This document shows positions 12,414 through 27,857 of a stretch of DNA of 64,000 nt, one piece after another. How positions within the stretch are numbered: position 1 is the first letter of the stretch; each line of letters begins with the position of its first letter. The position numbers and the translations under genes were made by a program. Under the pieces are notes generated by a model. That model saw only the letters and a program-made list of their open reading frames with translations, did not search any database and was not told where the DNA came from. Origin of the DNA: Octopus vulgaris. Taxonomy: Eukaryota. The stretch spans positions 7,068,001 to 7,132,000 of the forward strand of contig OX597837.1 in assembly GCA_951406725.2 (NCBI GenBank), given 5' to 3'.

Positions 12414-13905
12414 GTATATGTATGCATGTATGTATATATATGTATGAATATGTATATATTGATAGAAAAATAGATATAGATACATAGATAGAGAGAGATA
12501 GAAATGGATGTGTATATATATATATATACATACTTGCATACATACATTAATACACACCTACGTATGAAAGTACGTATACACACATATGTATGTATATATG
12601 TATATATATATGTATGTATGTATATATGTATGTATGTACGTATGTACGTATGTATGTATGTATGTATGTATGTAAGTATGTATGTATATATATAAATCAT
12701 TTGATTAAATGCTGGCAGCAAAAGAGTTTAGGGAGGAAATTTTATAGAATGTAAAAACAATGACTGGAGAGAGAGAGAGAGGATGGGGCAATCGAAATGC
12801 ACTGTGAATAAGTAAAATATAAAAGAGAGGGACTAAGAGAGAGAGAGAGGTGGAACATTGAAATGTGAAGAGAGAGACGGGGTGAATGGATATTGAGAGT
12901 GGGTGTAAGATATACGAGGTAGTTGGAGTGGATGTTTCGTGAAGAAGGCGAAAATGATGTAGTGGTGGTGAGAGTTGGTGTGAGTAAGAGACAAATGAAA
13001 TAAAGAGAGTGGAAGGAAGTTAAAAGAGAGAACAAGAGAAATACAGGAGAAAGGAGAAGCAGAAACACAAAGAAGAGGGATTGAGGATGAGACAGAAGAA
13101 CAGAAAATTAAATGTATAAAGAGAGAGGGAGAGAGGGAAGAGAGAAAGAGAGAGAGTAAAATATTATTGAGAGCGTGAGAAAGAGAGAAGAGAGAGAGAG
13201 GATGGCTTTTGTATTTTTAGTGTTTACGATATTTTAATTCGTCAAAATATATTAGCACCCGAGTTGTAAAAGAAGATTTGTGTACACAACAATTTGTTTG
13301 ACTTGTCTAGACGTGGAATACAAACTAAAATGGCGTTAATGAAGGAGAATCTTGTTCTTTCAAAGTCGCCATTTTGTTTAGTTGGAAATCGATTTTATTT
13401 TTATTAGGCACAAGGCCAATATGAGCAGTTTCCTAGTTTTGTATATGGATGTATAGTAAATATTCAAGTAGAGTCAACTGAAAATATTCCTGTATATAGC
13501 GTCATATTAGTTTTGTGTATCTTCTATGGAGAAACAACTTTAAGAATTGAGTAGTTTGAAATCATTCTTTCTGATCTTGCCACAAGGTCAACAGTTTTGA
13601 GCGGAGGAAGAATTGGTACGTATTTTTTCAGCAACATTTGAATACAGAGCGTAAAAGTCCTGAGGAATTGCTGCAACGGAGTTAATCTAACGTGCTAACA
13701 ATTTTACCAGCTCGCCGCCTTGATCTAGTCAGAAATAATAAGACTGCCAAGGTTAGTAAATGTGATAGTATAATTTTAGTAGATATATATAATGGCGAAT
13801 TAATAAAGCAGCAGAATTCGAATGGAAAACTAACCGCAAAATTAAATCCATGAACAAAAGAAAAGCGCAGGTTAAATTTATTAATCAAGCATCTGAAATT
13901 CTTAC

Positions 13906-13924
13906 CTCCTTTTCATAAACACAC
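13906..13924 (-). other. Candidate 19-nt micro-exon
   Basis: Minus strand reads ctttcattttctattttcgcag|GTGTGTTTATGAAAAGGAG|gtaaga: pyrimidine tract, CAG acceptor and a consensus AG/GTAAG donor, in non-repetitive sequence. Confidence 0.45.
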
Positions 13925-14319
13925 CTGCGAAAATAGAAAATGAAAGCTTTATGCCAGAAATTCAAGTATCAACCGATAAGTAAGACATACAGTATGCCGT
14001 ACAAGGTGCCAAGAAGTATCATGCCCTAATCTTCCTGAAACTTACAGGAGAAACAGCTCGGAGTACAGCAGAGAGAAACAGTGAGCATCGGAAGATAAAG
14101 GGAATAGTGAAACAGTTATGCCGAAAAGAAATTAATTCTATGTTTTTAACATGCTAAACACTATAATTCAATCAATAGATACATGTAGATATCATATCTA
14201 CACACATCTATCATACAATGCTATGACAAGTAGCTGAATCAGTTTACCTACGGTGATATGAACTATTCTCAACAATATTTCTGAAAGGGTTAACAGAGAT
14301 GTGCCCCAACACAAAAAGA

Positions 14320-14440
14320 ACCTTGCCCAAGGTGCCACACAGTAGGACTGAACCCGGAACTATGTGGTTTGTAAGCAAGCTAATTACCACACAGCCACTT
14401 CTAAGCCTATACTTACCACACAGCTATTCCTACGCCTATA
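14320..14440 (-). mobile_element. Family C SINE head with a duplicated 5' end
   Basis: ttgcccaaggtgccacacagtaggactgaacccggaac; the ttaccacacagc...gcctata block occurs twice. Confidence 0.75.
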
Positions 14441-14443
14441 ACA

Positions 14444-14984
14444 CAGTAATACCACATTTTACGGGGACCAGTTTACGAGACTCCGGATTTACGAGTTTTA
14501 TTTTTGAAACACAAGATCTAAATTCTGAACGAAGTGCCAAAGTTTCTACCACCATAACAAATGCTTCTGCGTGTTTGCGAGGAATTTATAGACAGCGAAT
14601 AAAAGCTTCTTCTCACCAAACAACTTTAGACTTGTTTTTTAAAAAGTTATCTACAAGTCTGTCTACGAGTGCTTGTGAAACAGCGATCGCTTCTACAAGA
14701 AATGTGTGCGAGACTAATGCAAGTGAAAGTGATTCAGAAAATTATTATGATAATTACATCTTTTATTATAAATGATCTTGATATCTTTTTTACTTTACAT
14801 AAAATTTTCTTTACATTCTACTGTTGTTTTATTGTTATTTATTTACGACGATTCTAAATGTTATAGGTATAATATTTTTCGGAGAACAAATTACGATTCA
14901 TAACATTGGTAGTGTAGGAAATTATTACTCTGCTTTACGAGCTGTCTCCGGGAACAAATAAACTGGTATGTCGAGGCATTACTG
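14444..14984 (+). mobile_element. Tigger/pogo-like internally deleted DNA transposon
   Basis: Termini CAGTAATACC... and ...GGCATTACTG followed by TA. The internal peptide DLNSERSAKV...IYRQRIKASSHQTTLDLFFKK resembles a Tigger transposase C-terminus. Confidence 0.75.
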
Positions 14985-15130
14985 TATATAAGTGTAACAT
15001 GTTGCACGGAAAGTAGTCAAGGAAACTCACGAAAAACACTCAGAGGACGTCCCTCATCAGCCATCGAGCAAAAGTCCTCACCATTTCGCGCCATTATCAA
15101 TTGTATTGTTCGTATGCGTTTGTATGTATG

Positions 15131-15195
<65 letters not shown>

Positions 15196-15344
15196 AAGCG
15201 TGCTTGTTTGGGTAGTATGCGTATGGAAGAGAACCAGCATCCTTATGAAATCGATATTGAGAAATGGCGAAGAATTGGGAAGCTGTCATGGCTTTGGTTG
15301 GTATGTAGGCACATGCAATCAGGTTTTGAAGATGGTGCAGTGAG

Positions 15345-15790
15345 ATGGCGGAATTGCTATCACGCCTGCTAGAATTATTTAGCTGGAGCCTCGTACCGCT
15401 TTACTGTCTGAGTTCAAATTTTATCGAAGCCGACTTCATCTTCCATTTTATTTTTTTAATCATCGGGATCGATAACATAAATACCAATCAGTATTGGAAT
15501 CGATACCATCGACTTTGTCTCCTCCCAAAATTGCTGGCCATTTGCCAAAAATTAGAAGGGGTCATTTATCATTAGTTTGTTTCTTAAGGTTGCGGGCTGG
15601 CAGAAGCGTTAGCATGCTGGACAAAATTTCGTCCGTCTGTACTTTCTGAGTTCAAATACAGTCGAGGTCAACTTTGCTTTTCATCTTTTCGGGGATAGAT
15701 AAATTAAGTACCAGTGAAACACTGAGGTCGATATAATCGACTAGTCCCCATCCTGCCATAACATTCCAAGTTTTGTGCATATTATTCACT
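15345..15790 (+). mobile_element. Two adjacent degenerate family M SINEs
   Basis: Each has gagttcaaat...gtcaactttgcttttcatc...gataaattaagtacc-like cores. Confidence 0.7.
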
Positions 15791-16076
15791 CTCATGTTAA
15801 AGGAAATCATACATATCTATGATCAAAGAAATTCTAACCGTGACCTCCCTGCTTTTTTTTTCTCAGTAAAAAGAACCCAGTGCTACATTATCCAACGTAC
15901 AATTCTGAAACAGTTGGTGGAGATGATTCGTAGCGAGAAGTACCAGCACATTAAGAGTCCTAATCCATAGCTCGGCTGCCTCAGTGGGTGGCATTTACAG
16001 TGATGATGGGTTTTCGTTAACATTCACATTTATATATTAACTACTACGGTTGGTTTTCTTTCTTCATTTTCTTTTT

Positions 16077-16108
<32 letters not shown>

Positions 16109-16988
16109 GCTGTTCTTCTTTTTTTTTCTTCTTCTTCTTCTTCATCTTCTTGCTGTGCTTGTTGTTCTGTATAGATAAACGTTGTAATCTTTTGATGTAT
16201 ATTTTGATGTTAAAATTTCGCCCCACAATATTTTTTGTTGGCAGCAAAGGGGAGGAGTGTAAGGGTATTTTTTTTTACACATTTTTGTCTGTTTTATTAT
16301 CACAATTTCTTTCTTTATTTATTTGAAAATTATTGAATATATTTATATACATATTTATTTTATTTAATAAGTGTTGTAACAAGGCAAGAAATTCTTCAAA
16401 GAACTCAAAGAGCGGATTAGCAGACAACATCGGTGGTAAAGTAAATTGAACGCATTAGAGTTGAAATCCAAATACAATAGAAAATTTAGAAAGGAGAAAA
16501 TAAATTAAATAAAACAAAATGCAGCCATGAAAGAAAATAAATAAAATATTAGAAAAATGAGAGACAAGTTAGCTTCAAATAAAATTTCATCGTTCGCTTT
16601 ATATTGGAAATGTTATAAGCATAGATATGAGTGTATGTGTGAATACTTGTATATATGTATATGTGTGCATATAGTGTTGAGCATATCTATATATATATAT
16701 ATATAATGTAGTATGTGTATGTGTGAGTGTGTGATATGTATGTGTCGTGTGTGTGCGTATACGCTCACGTGTACAAAGAGGGCCAGACAGACAGGCGGAC
16801 AGTAATTTTAAAATGTAACAAAAAATGAGACAAATCAGAATTATGAGGAATTGCGAGGAACTGTACGTCTGTATGTATGTGTATACATGTGTATATATAT
16901 GTATATATGTATATATACATATATATATATGTATACAAATGTATATATATATACATATGCACATATATATGCATATATGTTTATATAA

Positions 16989-17031
<43 letters not shown>

Positions 17032-17080
17032 TACATATATACATACTTATAGGCACATACACACACCAATATAACTATAT

Positions 17081-17127
<47 letters not shown>

Positions 17128-17204
17128 TTCACACAGACTCACAAATACATATTTACTTACAGAAAAGGCTAGATGTATACTCACGTACATGAATACATGC
17201 AGGC

Positions 17205-17288
<84 letters not shown>

Positions 17289-18055
17289 GCATACGTAGAT
17301 ACTTACATAATACATACACACATGCATGTATACATGTATGTATATGCACACATACACTAACATACATACACACATATACACCTATACACATTCATACATA
17401 TACATGCAGAAAAAGAGCTGAAACGAAATTTAAAACAGTAAAAAAAAAAACAAGAAAATTTAAAAAAAAATTTTTTTAAATTTAAAAAACATTCACAAAA
17501 AATCATTCTGGTTTAAATTTAAAAAATAACATTGTACTTTGATATGAGAGAAATTCTTAGTATTAACTTTGATAATTTTGTTTAAGTTAATGCAATTAAA
17601 AACACTGTGAAATGCTAATTAGGACTTACACGTTCTATTTGCTTATTCAAGCAACAGTTTAGTTGATATTGTTGTATATATGTGTGAGTGGGTGTATGTG
17701 CATGTGTGTGTGTGTATGTGTGCATGGAACTGTGTATGTATGTATATTTCCTTATATATCCGTGTGTGTGTGAGTCTTTGTGTGTGTGTTATGTATGTAT
17801 TTATCTAATTATCTGTCCATATAGCTATATTTATATACATATATATATGTGCATATATATATATATATATACATTTATACATATATGTATATATATACAT
17901 ATATATATATATTCATACATATATATATGTATATATATGTATGTATATATATATATGTATATATATATATGTATTTATATACATGTATATATATACAGGT
18001 ATATATATGTATATATACATATATGCATATATACATATATATATATGTATATATG

Positions 18056-18089
<34 letters not shown>

Positions 18090-18630
18090 TAAAAATATAT
18101 ATATGTATGTGTAGGTAATTGTCAATAACATTTTAAGAGTATTTGTGTATGTGAGTGTGTATGTATGTATGCGAGTACGCATATTTGCATGTGACAATCA
18201 GTTTATTTTGTGTATATACTTGTATGAGTGAATATGTATCTGCGAGTGTATATGTATATGTGTGTATAACTGTCACAATTTTCGCTTGAATATGTCTGTG
18301 TATTTATATGTCTGCGTGTGTATGTATGTATGTGTAAGAATGTGTTTTCTTGTACGTATATATCGTACTTGTATATATGTGCGTGAGTGTGTGTGGTCGT
18401 GCTTTTTGGGTGCATGAATGCGCATGCGTGTGCATGTGTTTGTGTTTGCATATAACTGGATTGTCTTTATGTATAATTCTGTGTGTAAGCTTGTGCACTG
18501 GTCTGTCAGTATGTGTGTGTAATCATGCTTGTACACACTCTGATATGTATATGCATCTACGCATGTATGTATATGTATGTATATATATCTATATCTATCT
18601 ATTTATATATATATATATATAATACATATA

Positions 18631-18681
<51 letters not shown>

Positions 18682-18813
18682 ATATATATATATATATATA
18701 TATACATATATCCCTACATGTATGCATATATATATATGTACATATATATGTAACATATATATATGCATATATATATTATGGAGGGTGTTGTATCTATGTA
18801 TGCATATACGTCA

Positions 18814-18942
<129 letters not shown>

Positions 18943-19300
18943 CATGGATGTTATGTACACATATGTAAGTAGGTGTGTTTGCTCAAGTGTCTGTGTGAGT
19001 GTATCTATGGGTGCGAGTGTCATGCGTATATACGTGAGTTCGCTAGTTTAATTACTATTCCTCTAATTTAGTGTCATCTCAGCTCGACCCTGCTTGATGG
19101 ATATTTATGTAATAACATAAAGCGGATCAATAGATGAGTAATACAGTTTTCTCATTGGTCTAATTAATTAACTCTCAGCTTTCCTATTGATATATAGACC
19201 TTTCCCTCATGCCTCTCTCTCCCTCTATCTCTCTCTCTCTTTTACTCTCTCATTCCGTTTCTATGTAGTTATCTGAGTGCCAAATACACACTCGATATAT

Positions 19301-19350
<50 letters not shown>

Positions 19351-19398
19351 ATATGTATATATATACACATACATTCACGCCTATATATGAATATGCAT

Positions 19399-19473
<75 letters not shown>

Positions 19474-19488
19474 TATATGAATATGCAT

Positions 19489-19599
<111 letters not shown>

Positions 19600-19763
19600 C
19601 GTAACCATTTATGCGTGATTCTTTCTACATGCATACATGAGTCTGTACGTAGTTATACCACTTCTCTCACTTTCTTCCCTCACTTACTCTCTCTCTCATT
19701 CACTCTTTCTCTGATTTATATATATACTTATATATGTATATATATATACATATATATACATAC

Positions 19764-19798
<35 letters not shown>

Positions 19799-19901
19799 CA
19801 TATATACATATATACACATGTGTGTATACATATACATACACATACACATAGATATACATGTCATGAAGTGTACGACAATAATCACAGAAAGACATATATA
19901 C

Positions 19902-19955
<54 letters not shown>

Positions 19956-20439
19956 ATATACATATACGCACACACACACTTATTCATATATTTACATACA
20001 TATATATGCATACGTACTAACATGCATAAGAATATACATATGTGTGTATGAGTAAAATTTTTATTTTTCACGATATGCTGTTAAATCACCTCTTTGAAGA
20101 AATTTTTGAAGATGAACAACATTTAAAATACAATGGAAATTCGTCCATAGATTTTTGATAAAAGAAATGTATTTTGATTACCAATATCTCTACAATGGCA
20201 TTAGAAGGCAACAAGAGCGATGAGAAAATAATATTTTGGAAGAAACACAAGGAGTATTGATGGAACCATCCGAAAAGGCGGAAATCACTCATTATGCATA
20301 ATAAAATTGAACATGAAAAAAAAACCAATACAGTGAAAAAATATTTGAAAGAAATAATATAGTCAGTTATTTTTTTATCAATAAACAGATGAGTAAGCTG
20401 TTATGTAACTTGTGAGTATGCATATTTAGCATTGTGTTT

Positions 20440-20508
<69 letters not shown>

Positions 20509-20549
20509 CAAATAGATATGTTGATACTTGAAGGCATAGTTAGATCGAT

Positions 20550-20632
20550 CGATCAATAGATAGATAGATAGAGAGAGAGAGATAAGTAGATAGATAGATA
20601 GATAGATAGATAGATGGATAGATAAATAGATG

Positions 20633-20674
<42 letters not shown>

Positions 20675-20710
20675 CAGATAGATAGAGAGAGAGAGAGAGA
20701 GAGATGGATG

Positions 20711-20790
<80 letters not shown>

Positions 20791-20812
20791 AGAGAGACAA
20801 AGAGATAGATAG
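20550..20812. repeat. (GATA)n/(GA)n microsatellite
   Basis: Seen directly. Confidence 0.95.
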
Positions 20813-20999
20813 ATTATTTGAGAAATGATTTACGAGAAATTGTCCGCTAAACAGTTTCCTGTCCTCTTTCGTCATGTCAGGCTTCCCTTCTTCACTAACA
20901 TTTCGATTATATTTTCACAAACACAAACATGCATAAACACATCACAAACACAAATATATATACATGAATATATATATGTGCGTGTGTATATATATATAT

Positions 21000-21070
<71 letters not shown>

Positions 21071-21262
21071 CGCATTTTTATACCTAGCACACAAATACTT
21101 AAACATATACGCACACACTTTATATATATATATATATATGCATATGCTCATACACATGTAATAGGCGTACATGTTTAAATATATGTTTCTATGTATCTAT
21201 AAATATATATGTGTGTGTGTGGTGGGGGGAGTGCGTGTTTGTATGCATGTATGTACGTATGT

Positions 21263-21483
21263 TATTTCCTTATTGCCCACAAGGGGCTAAACATAGAGGG
21301 GACGAACATGGACAGACAAAGGGATTAAATCGATTGCATCGACGCCAGAGCGTAAATGGTACTTAATTTATCGACCCCGAAATGATGAAAGGCAAAGTCG
21401 ACCTCGGCAGAACTCAGAACGTAGCGGCAGACGAACCACTCCTAAGCATTTCGCCCGGCGTGCTAACGTTTCTGCCAGCTCGC
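21263..21483 (-). mobile_element. Family M SINE
   Basis: Matches 37997-38222 in reverse; the flanking (g)tatgtacgtatg direct repeat may be a TSD. Confidence 0.85.
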
Positions 21484-21766
21484 ATATGTACGTATGCCTG
21501 TATGTGCTTGCGTGTTGGTATACTAAATCAAATCTCGGGTTTGTTAAAATTAAAGTTCTAACTGAAAAAGTTCGTTTTCATTCTCTGTTTTTTAATATAT
21601 ACATGCAAACACACACACATATATATATACACATACATATATATATATATATATATATGTATACATATATATATATATGTATACATATATATATATATTT
21701 ATATGTGTGTGTGTATATATGTATATATCTATATATATATACGTACAGATATATATATATGTATGC

Positions 21767-21848
<82 letters not shown>

Positions 21849-21904
21849 ATAATATATATATATATATATATAAATACATTTATATACATATATATATATA
21901 TTTA

Positions 21905-21964
<60 letters not shown>

Positions 21965-22330
21965 TGAGTCAGTATGTATGAGTAAGTATTGTGTGCTTAT
22001 GTGTTTGTGGTTGGTTTGAATTACTTGCTTGCTTTTTGTTTTTTTCCTTTTGTTTGATATGCTAACTTTGTCTGATCAATTAATTACTATGTCAAGCGAC
22101 GTTAATTACTATGAATAAATAAAAAATATTTATATAAATTCTGAAATAAATATCTGTAAAAAGTTTTCTTAACGTGCTTAAGTTTTGTAACAACACTAAT
22201 AAAAATGCTTCTACACCTTCTACTATTGATGCTATTACTACTACAACTACTGCTACTAATACTACTGCTATAACTACTACTACTACTACTACTACTAATA
22301 ATAATAATAATAATAATATTAATAATAAAT

Positions 22331-22885
22331 GCCCTGATGCAAGACAAGACAGTGGCTCTGATGGTTTCTGATCTTAACTGATTGAAAGTGTTATCATGTA
22401 CATTGTTTTGTCTTGGTATAAAAGATGGGCTACAGCAAATATTCTGCTCAATACCACAGATTTGCTTGTCAGTTGTTTGACCTTAACCAGTTGAGCATGT
22501 CCCTTGGTGGCCGACAATATGTGCATCTCTGATCACGAGCAGAAGTAGTGGCGGGGGGGCATCATAGCCATGTGTTGAGGGGAATTCTTTGGGGTTTGAA
22601 TAATTCACCTCTGGAAATATGGGTGTTTTGTTCATCCTTAAACAAACCTTATTCAAAGACCTTTTGTACAGAATGGGCCACTCAACCTGAAGAAAATTCT
22701 AACTGAGCCCCACTTGCATGGTCATGTGCTATTTATCTTGATATAAAATCACCATGTTGCGTACATATGGTTGTGATGCATGTGCCTAGTGTACCCTTAT
22801 CAGACACGTAGTCATGATGGGTATACTGGGCTTCGTATATTTTATCCCAGTGTCTCTTTGATGGCATGCACTGCTCTCTCGCTCA
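22331..22885 (+). mobile_element. About 555-bp non-coding element inserted in (TAA)n, copy 1
   Basis: Colinear with 28846-29400; both copies are flanked by (TAA)n. Strand is assigned only from the TAA tail. Confidence 0.8.
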
Positions 22886-22888
22886 ATC

Positions 22889-22919
<31 letters not shown>

Positions 22920-22975
22920 CAACAACAACAACAACAAGACGACGACGACAACAACAACAGCAACAACAACAGCAG

Positions 22976-23066
<91 letters not shown>

Positions 23067-23770
23067 TGACCAACCAACAACAGTCTGATCGCGATGATGC
23101 GTAGAAGGAATAAAATAACAGAGAGGAACGGGGCTAGAAATATTCAAAAACTGGACTCGTTACCTTTTTATATTTTTAATTGATGTTGTTATTGTAATTA
23201 TTCTTATTATGATCTTTATCCGTATCATTATTAATAATTGAATCCATTATTGTTGTTGTTGTTGTTGTTGCTGCTGCTGCTGTTGCTTTTAACGTTTGTC
23301 TTTCTTCCTTATCATCACACCGCTAGTGCTGACTTCCATATTCGAAACACATCAAATGATGCACGCCATTTTGATTGCTTTTCGTTGCATCTGTTGACGT
23401 TGTTATTGTTGCAGCCATGTTGCTGATTTTTGTTGTTATTACTGTTGTTACAGTTGACGGTATTTCTTATTATTGTTGTTCTTCTTCATCTTGTTGCTGT
23501 TGTTTCACTCGGTGTCATCGTTGGTTTGCTCTTATTTTCATTGCTGCCATATTGTGGCTATTTATTTATTTTGCAGTAACTGTTTTTGTTGCTATCGTTA
23601 TTCTTCTGCATATGCTATTCTCGTTGTTTCTCCCATTATCGTTGCTATTGTTGTTGTTGTTGTTGTTGTTGTTACATTTGTGAATCTTAGGAAACCATAA
23701 GAGCCACTGCCTGGTATTGCATCAGGGCGTTCTTCTTCTTCCTCTTCTCCTTCTTCTGCTTCTTCATATC

Positions 23771-23834
<64 letters not shown>

Positions 23835-25275
23835 TGTCGTCGTCGTCGTTGTTGTTATTGTTGCTGTTGTTGTAGTTTCTTGTCATGCTGTTGTTAGCAG
23901 TCGTCGTAGTTGCCATTGCTATTTCGTTTTTGCTATTGTTGTTCGTTTCATTATTCATGCTGTTGTTGCTAATATTGTTATCAATATTGTTGCCGTTGTA
24001 CTTTTTGCCTTTGTTTTCGGGACTGTTTTTCTTGTCTTTATTAAATACGTCCACTTGTTATTGTTATTGTTGTTGCTAATATTATCATCTATGATGCTCT
24101 ATTTGACACTGTCTCCCTTTCTGTTGCTAATTGTTGTTATTTTTGTTGTTATTGCGTGTCGATATTGCTTATTGCCGCAGTCGTTGTTGCTAATTTTTGT
24201 TTTCTATTTTAGCAAAAGAAATTAAAATAACCATTGAAATTAGGCGTGGCATGCCTGGCCTAACAGCTTTGAGATACCAGTTCCATTTCACTGTCTTTTG
24301 GGATGTGTGTGGTGTGTGTGTGTGTTTGTATGTGTGTGTGTATGTGTGTATGTACCCGAATTAACGGACCTTTACGAAATAATTTAGGAAAAATCTATTT
24401 CATTTAAATCTCAAAGACACTTGTTGTTGGAGCGTAATATCCCCTAAAATGGCGGATTTTACAACCCCTCGACTGCACTTTATGCCCATTGTTGACAGGA
24501 AGATAATTCAGATCTCCTTTAGAGGAAAGCAATGGATTTTTCTTTCAGGAAATAGGAGAAAATATTGAGTTTTTCCAGTCCTTGGTCATGCAGAAGAGCG
24601 TAAACTGAGGGAACCTTTCTCCTGAAATTACTGCGTGTAAGTCCTGAGAATTATCTAGGAATACCATGGGACAGTGTAAGAACTACCCTAAAGAAAACTG
24701 AATTTGAATGACAGAATTCCCTTATTGAACTGGTGGATAATCTCAGCAATTGCCTATAAGCGTTTGTGGTGAGAGTTATATAGGCATACATTTTCCTGTT
24801 GCATTATGTGTTATTATCTAGACAAGTGTAGCTTACTTTATCACTAAGAGTTTCAAAAATTAGAGACATCAAAATTGAAAGGCTGATAAAACTAAGTTAG
24901 CTTCTAAACATTTCGGAAGCTGGGTGAGAGATCCTCTATATATCTATCAGAGGACAGGGATATTTTCAGTGCAGCCTGTGATGCATATAGATTGGGTAAG
25001 CCTCCATGTTTGATCAACTCAAAAGAATGTTATCCTTAGATTCATGAAAAGTAGGCCTCCTGTTCATCGACAGCTGAGGTGGATGACTTGGAACGTTTCT
25101 CAGGAAGTTCCCAGCTATGTTCGAGTTTCTATTTAGGAGGAGGAAATGTTACTTCCAGCGTGGGAGTATGTCTTCTGGATAGGTCAGAATGTTTGCATTG
25201 TCGGCTGGCAGAAGGCATCCAGTTGATGTTCGTACTGGTCCAAATAGTCGTTTCGCTTCAGCATACATATATATG

Positions 25276-25352
<77 letters not shown>

Positions 25353-25355
<3 letters not shown>

Positions 25356-25678
25356 ATATGATATATGAGGTTAATTTAAAATAAAATAACGATTTTTATC
25401 AAGTGGTCAGTATGGAAAAAAATAACCTTCAAAGGAAATAATTATTAAAATTATAAATTAGGGTATCTACGAAATACCACCATGCTGAAAATAGCAGCCA
25501 TGATCTGACTCTAAAACCACCTTAATTGTCCATATATCAACACGAAGAGAAAACAAAGAGACAAGATGAACCTAGGAAAAAATTACTGGATAATTCTAGA
25601 TCCTGGATTTCTGGCTTTACATTTAGTAATGCTTTGCCTCGTCAGTAGAACACACGCAGAAAAGAAACATAAATACAT
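25353..25678 (-). mobile_element. (TA)n-embedded HHR-bearing element
   Basis: About 325-bp block between two (TA)n tracts that contains the hammerhead at 25594-25650; layout similar to 34264-34856. Confidence 0.6.
25594..25650 (-). ncRNA. Type-I hammerhead ribozyme, near-canonical
   Basis: TTCTA-CTGACGA-GGC aaa GCATT acta AATGT aaa GCC-a-GAAA-TCC a GGA-TC-TAGAA. All three stems pair, the site is AUC, and there is one extra A before GAAA. Confidence 0.8.
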
Positions 25679-26701
25679 ATATATATATATATATAATATA
25701 TATATATATATATACAACATACGAATACTTACGTATACGAACGTATACCAATTCTCACTCGGTATGAGTTTGCTTAAGTCCCCCTTGTAACCCTTAGCGG
25801 CCCGGCAAAAGAGAACCGACAGAATAGGTAACTAATTTCTAAAACACAAACAACAATTTATTCAACTAAAACCACACTTTTAAATAGGTACCCCCGAAAT
25901 GGCTGCGGTCCCTTGACTGAAATACGTAATAGTATATATTATATAAAATGTAATAAGCACCCGCACAATTTCCATCTCACAAGTTGCTAGCTGACTCAAG
26001 AGTCTAGAAGAAACTTTTAGCCTAACACGTCTTGGATCGAGCACAAGAACAGATGGTTCTGAAGCGAACTTTGTAAGTGCACTGGCACTTTGGCGTTTAT
26101 TTGCTTGCTTGGTGTATATTTTTTTATTTGGTTTATATTTATTTTGTGTTTTAATATCTTTATTATTATGGTTTTGTTCTGTTTAATTTTTGTTTCTTAC
26201 ATTAAACGCTAATCAAGCATTTCCATTCAGTAAAATGTGTAAATTAGAGATAAAAATATTCAATCTTGTTTTCCTGTGTATTGCATGTTGTCAAGAGGTG
26301 ACGTGATAAAATAAACTAAAATAAAACAAAAGAAATACACTAAAATAGGAAGACATCTTTTTTTATATGAATTGTAGTTAAAACTTTATTTTTGTTTTTT
26401 TTTTGTTTTTTCTTCTAAATATGCTTTTACCTTTTATGATGAGAACTATTCATATATCTGTTTTTAATTTTTGTTATTTTTCATTCTATTTTTTTTTTTT
26501 TGGCATATTATCATCATTGTCTTCCATATAATTATACATACACAGATGCACACGTACACACACATGCATTCATACACACGCACAAACACACATATACATA
26601 AGCATAAATATACATACACATAATATAGATATATCCGTATATGTGTACATGTATACAAATATATACATATATATGTATATATCTATATATATAAATATGC
26701 A

Positions 26702-26737
<36 letters not shown>

Positions 26738-27359
26738 TAGATAGATAGATAGATACATACATATATAGGCGTGTATATGTGTGTGTGTGTGTTTGTGTGT
26801 GGGTGTGTACTTTTTCTAAATTTTATCTTTAAAAATGAATATTCTGAAAATTACTTTTCTGAGCTTTTTAGTTTATGTTGTAATACTTATTTTTATTTTT
26901 TTCATTTGTTGTTGTTAAGATGGTAAAATTCTTTAAAAATTCTAAAATAATTTTTTTTAATTTTGTAATTTTTTTAAAATTTATTTTCGCATCTAAAATG
27001 CTTATTTATCTTCTTTTTTTTTAATCTTTTTATCTCAAGTAATTCTATTGGTATTCATTATATTTATTTTCACATTTTTTTTATTCATTATCTTGTTGTC
27101 ATTGTTGCTGTTGTTTTCTTTTTTTATTATTTATCCACTTATTTGATATTTTTGTTTTTTTTATTTTTCGTTTCTCTTGCTTCCTTTATGTTTCACGCTG
27201 AAAGTAGAAGAAAAAGTTATCAATTATTATTTTTTTATATAATTTATTTTGTATATAAAAAAACTTAAAATTTTTATTGTTTTTTGTATCATTTTGGCTT
27301 CTTATTTGTTCCTTTTTTTGTTGCTGTTGTTATTCCTGGATGAGCTGTCACTCTTGGTG

Positions 27360-27417
<58 letters not shown>

Positions 27418-27434
27418 CATCATCATTATTATTA

Positions 27435-27477
<43 letters not shown>

Positions 27478-27703
27478 CATTATTATTATTAAAAATATTT
27501 TACTATCATTATTGTTATTACTCTGACTGTTATTATTATCATAGCCTATTGTTTTTATTTTAAGTGTCATCATCATCCTCACCATCATCATCATCAACAT
27601 CATCATCATTATTACAACTATTAATATTATTATTATGTCTATTATTATCGCTGTTGTTATTATCATCATTATCCTATTATTTTATTACTATTTATTATTA
27701 TTA

Positions 27704-27759
<56 letters not shown>

Positions 27760-27787
27760 GTTATTATTATTATTATCATTATTATCC

Positions 27788-27857
<70 letters not shown>

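Noticed and set aside
15030-15065. Minus-strand CTGATGA followed by a hairpin
   Set aside because: No GAAA box or stem III, so it is not called a hammerhead.
24400-25250. Possible decayed L1/Tx1-like ORF2 C-terminus (CxxC near 25190)
   Set aside because: Too degenerate to support by eye; needs a translated profile search.
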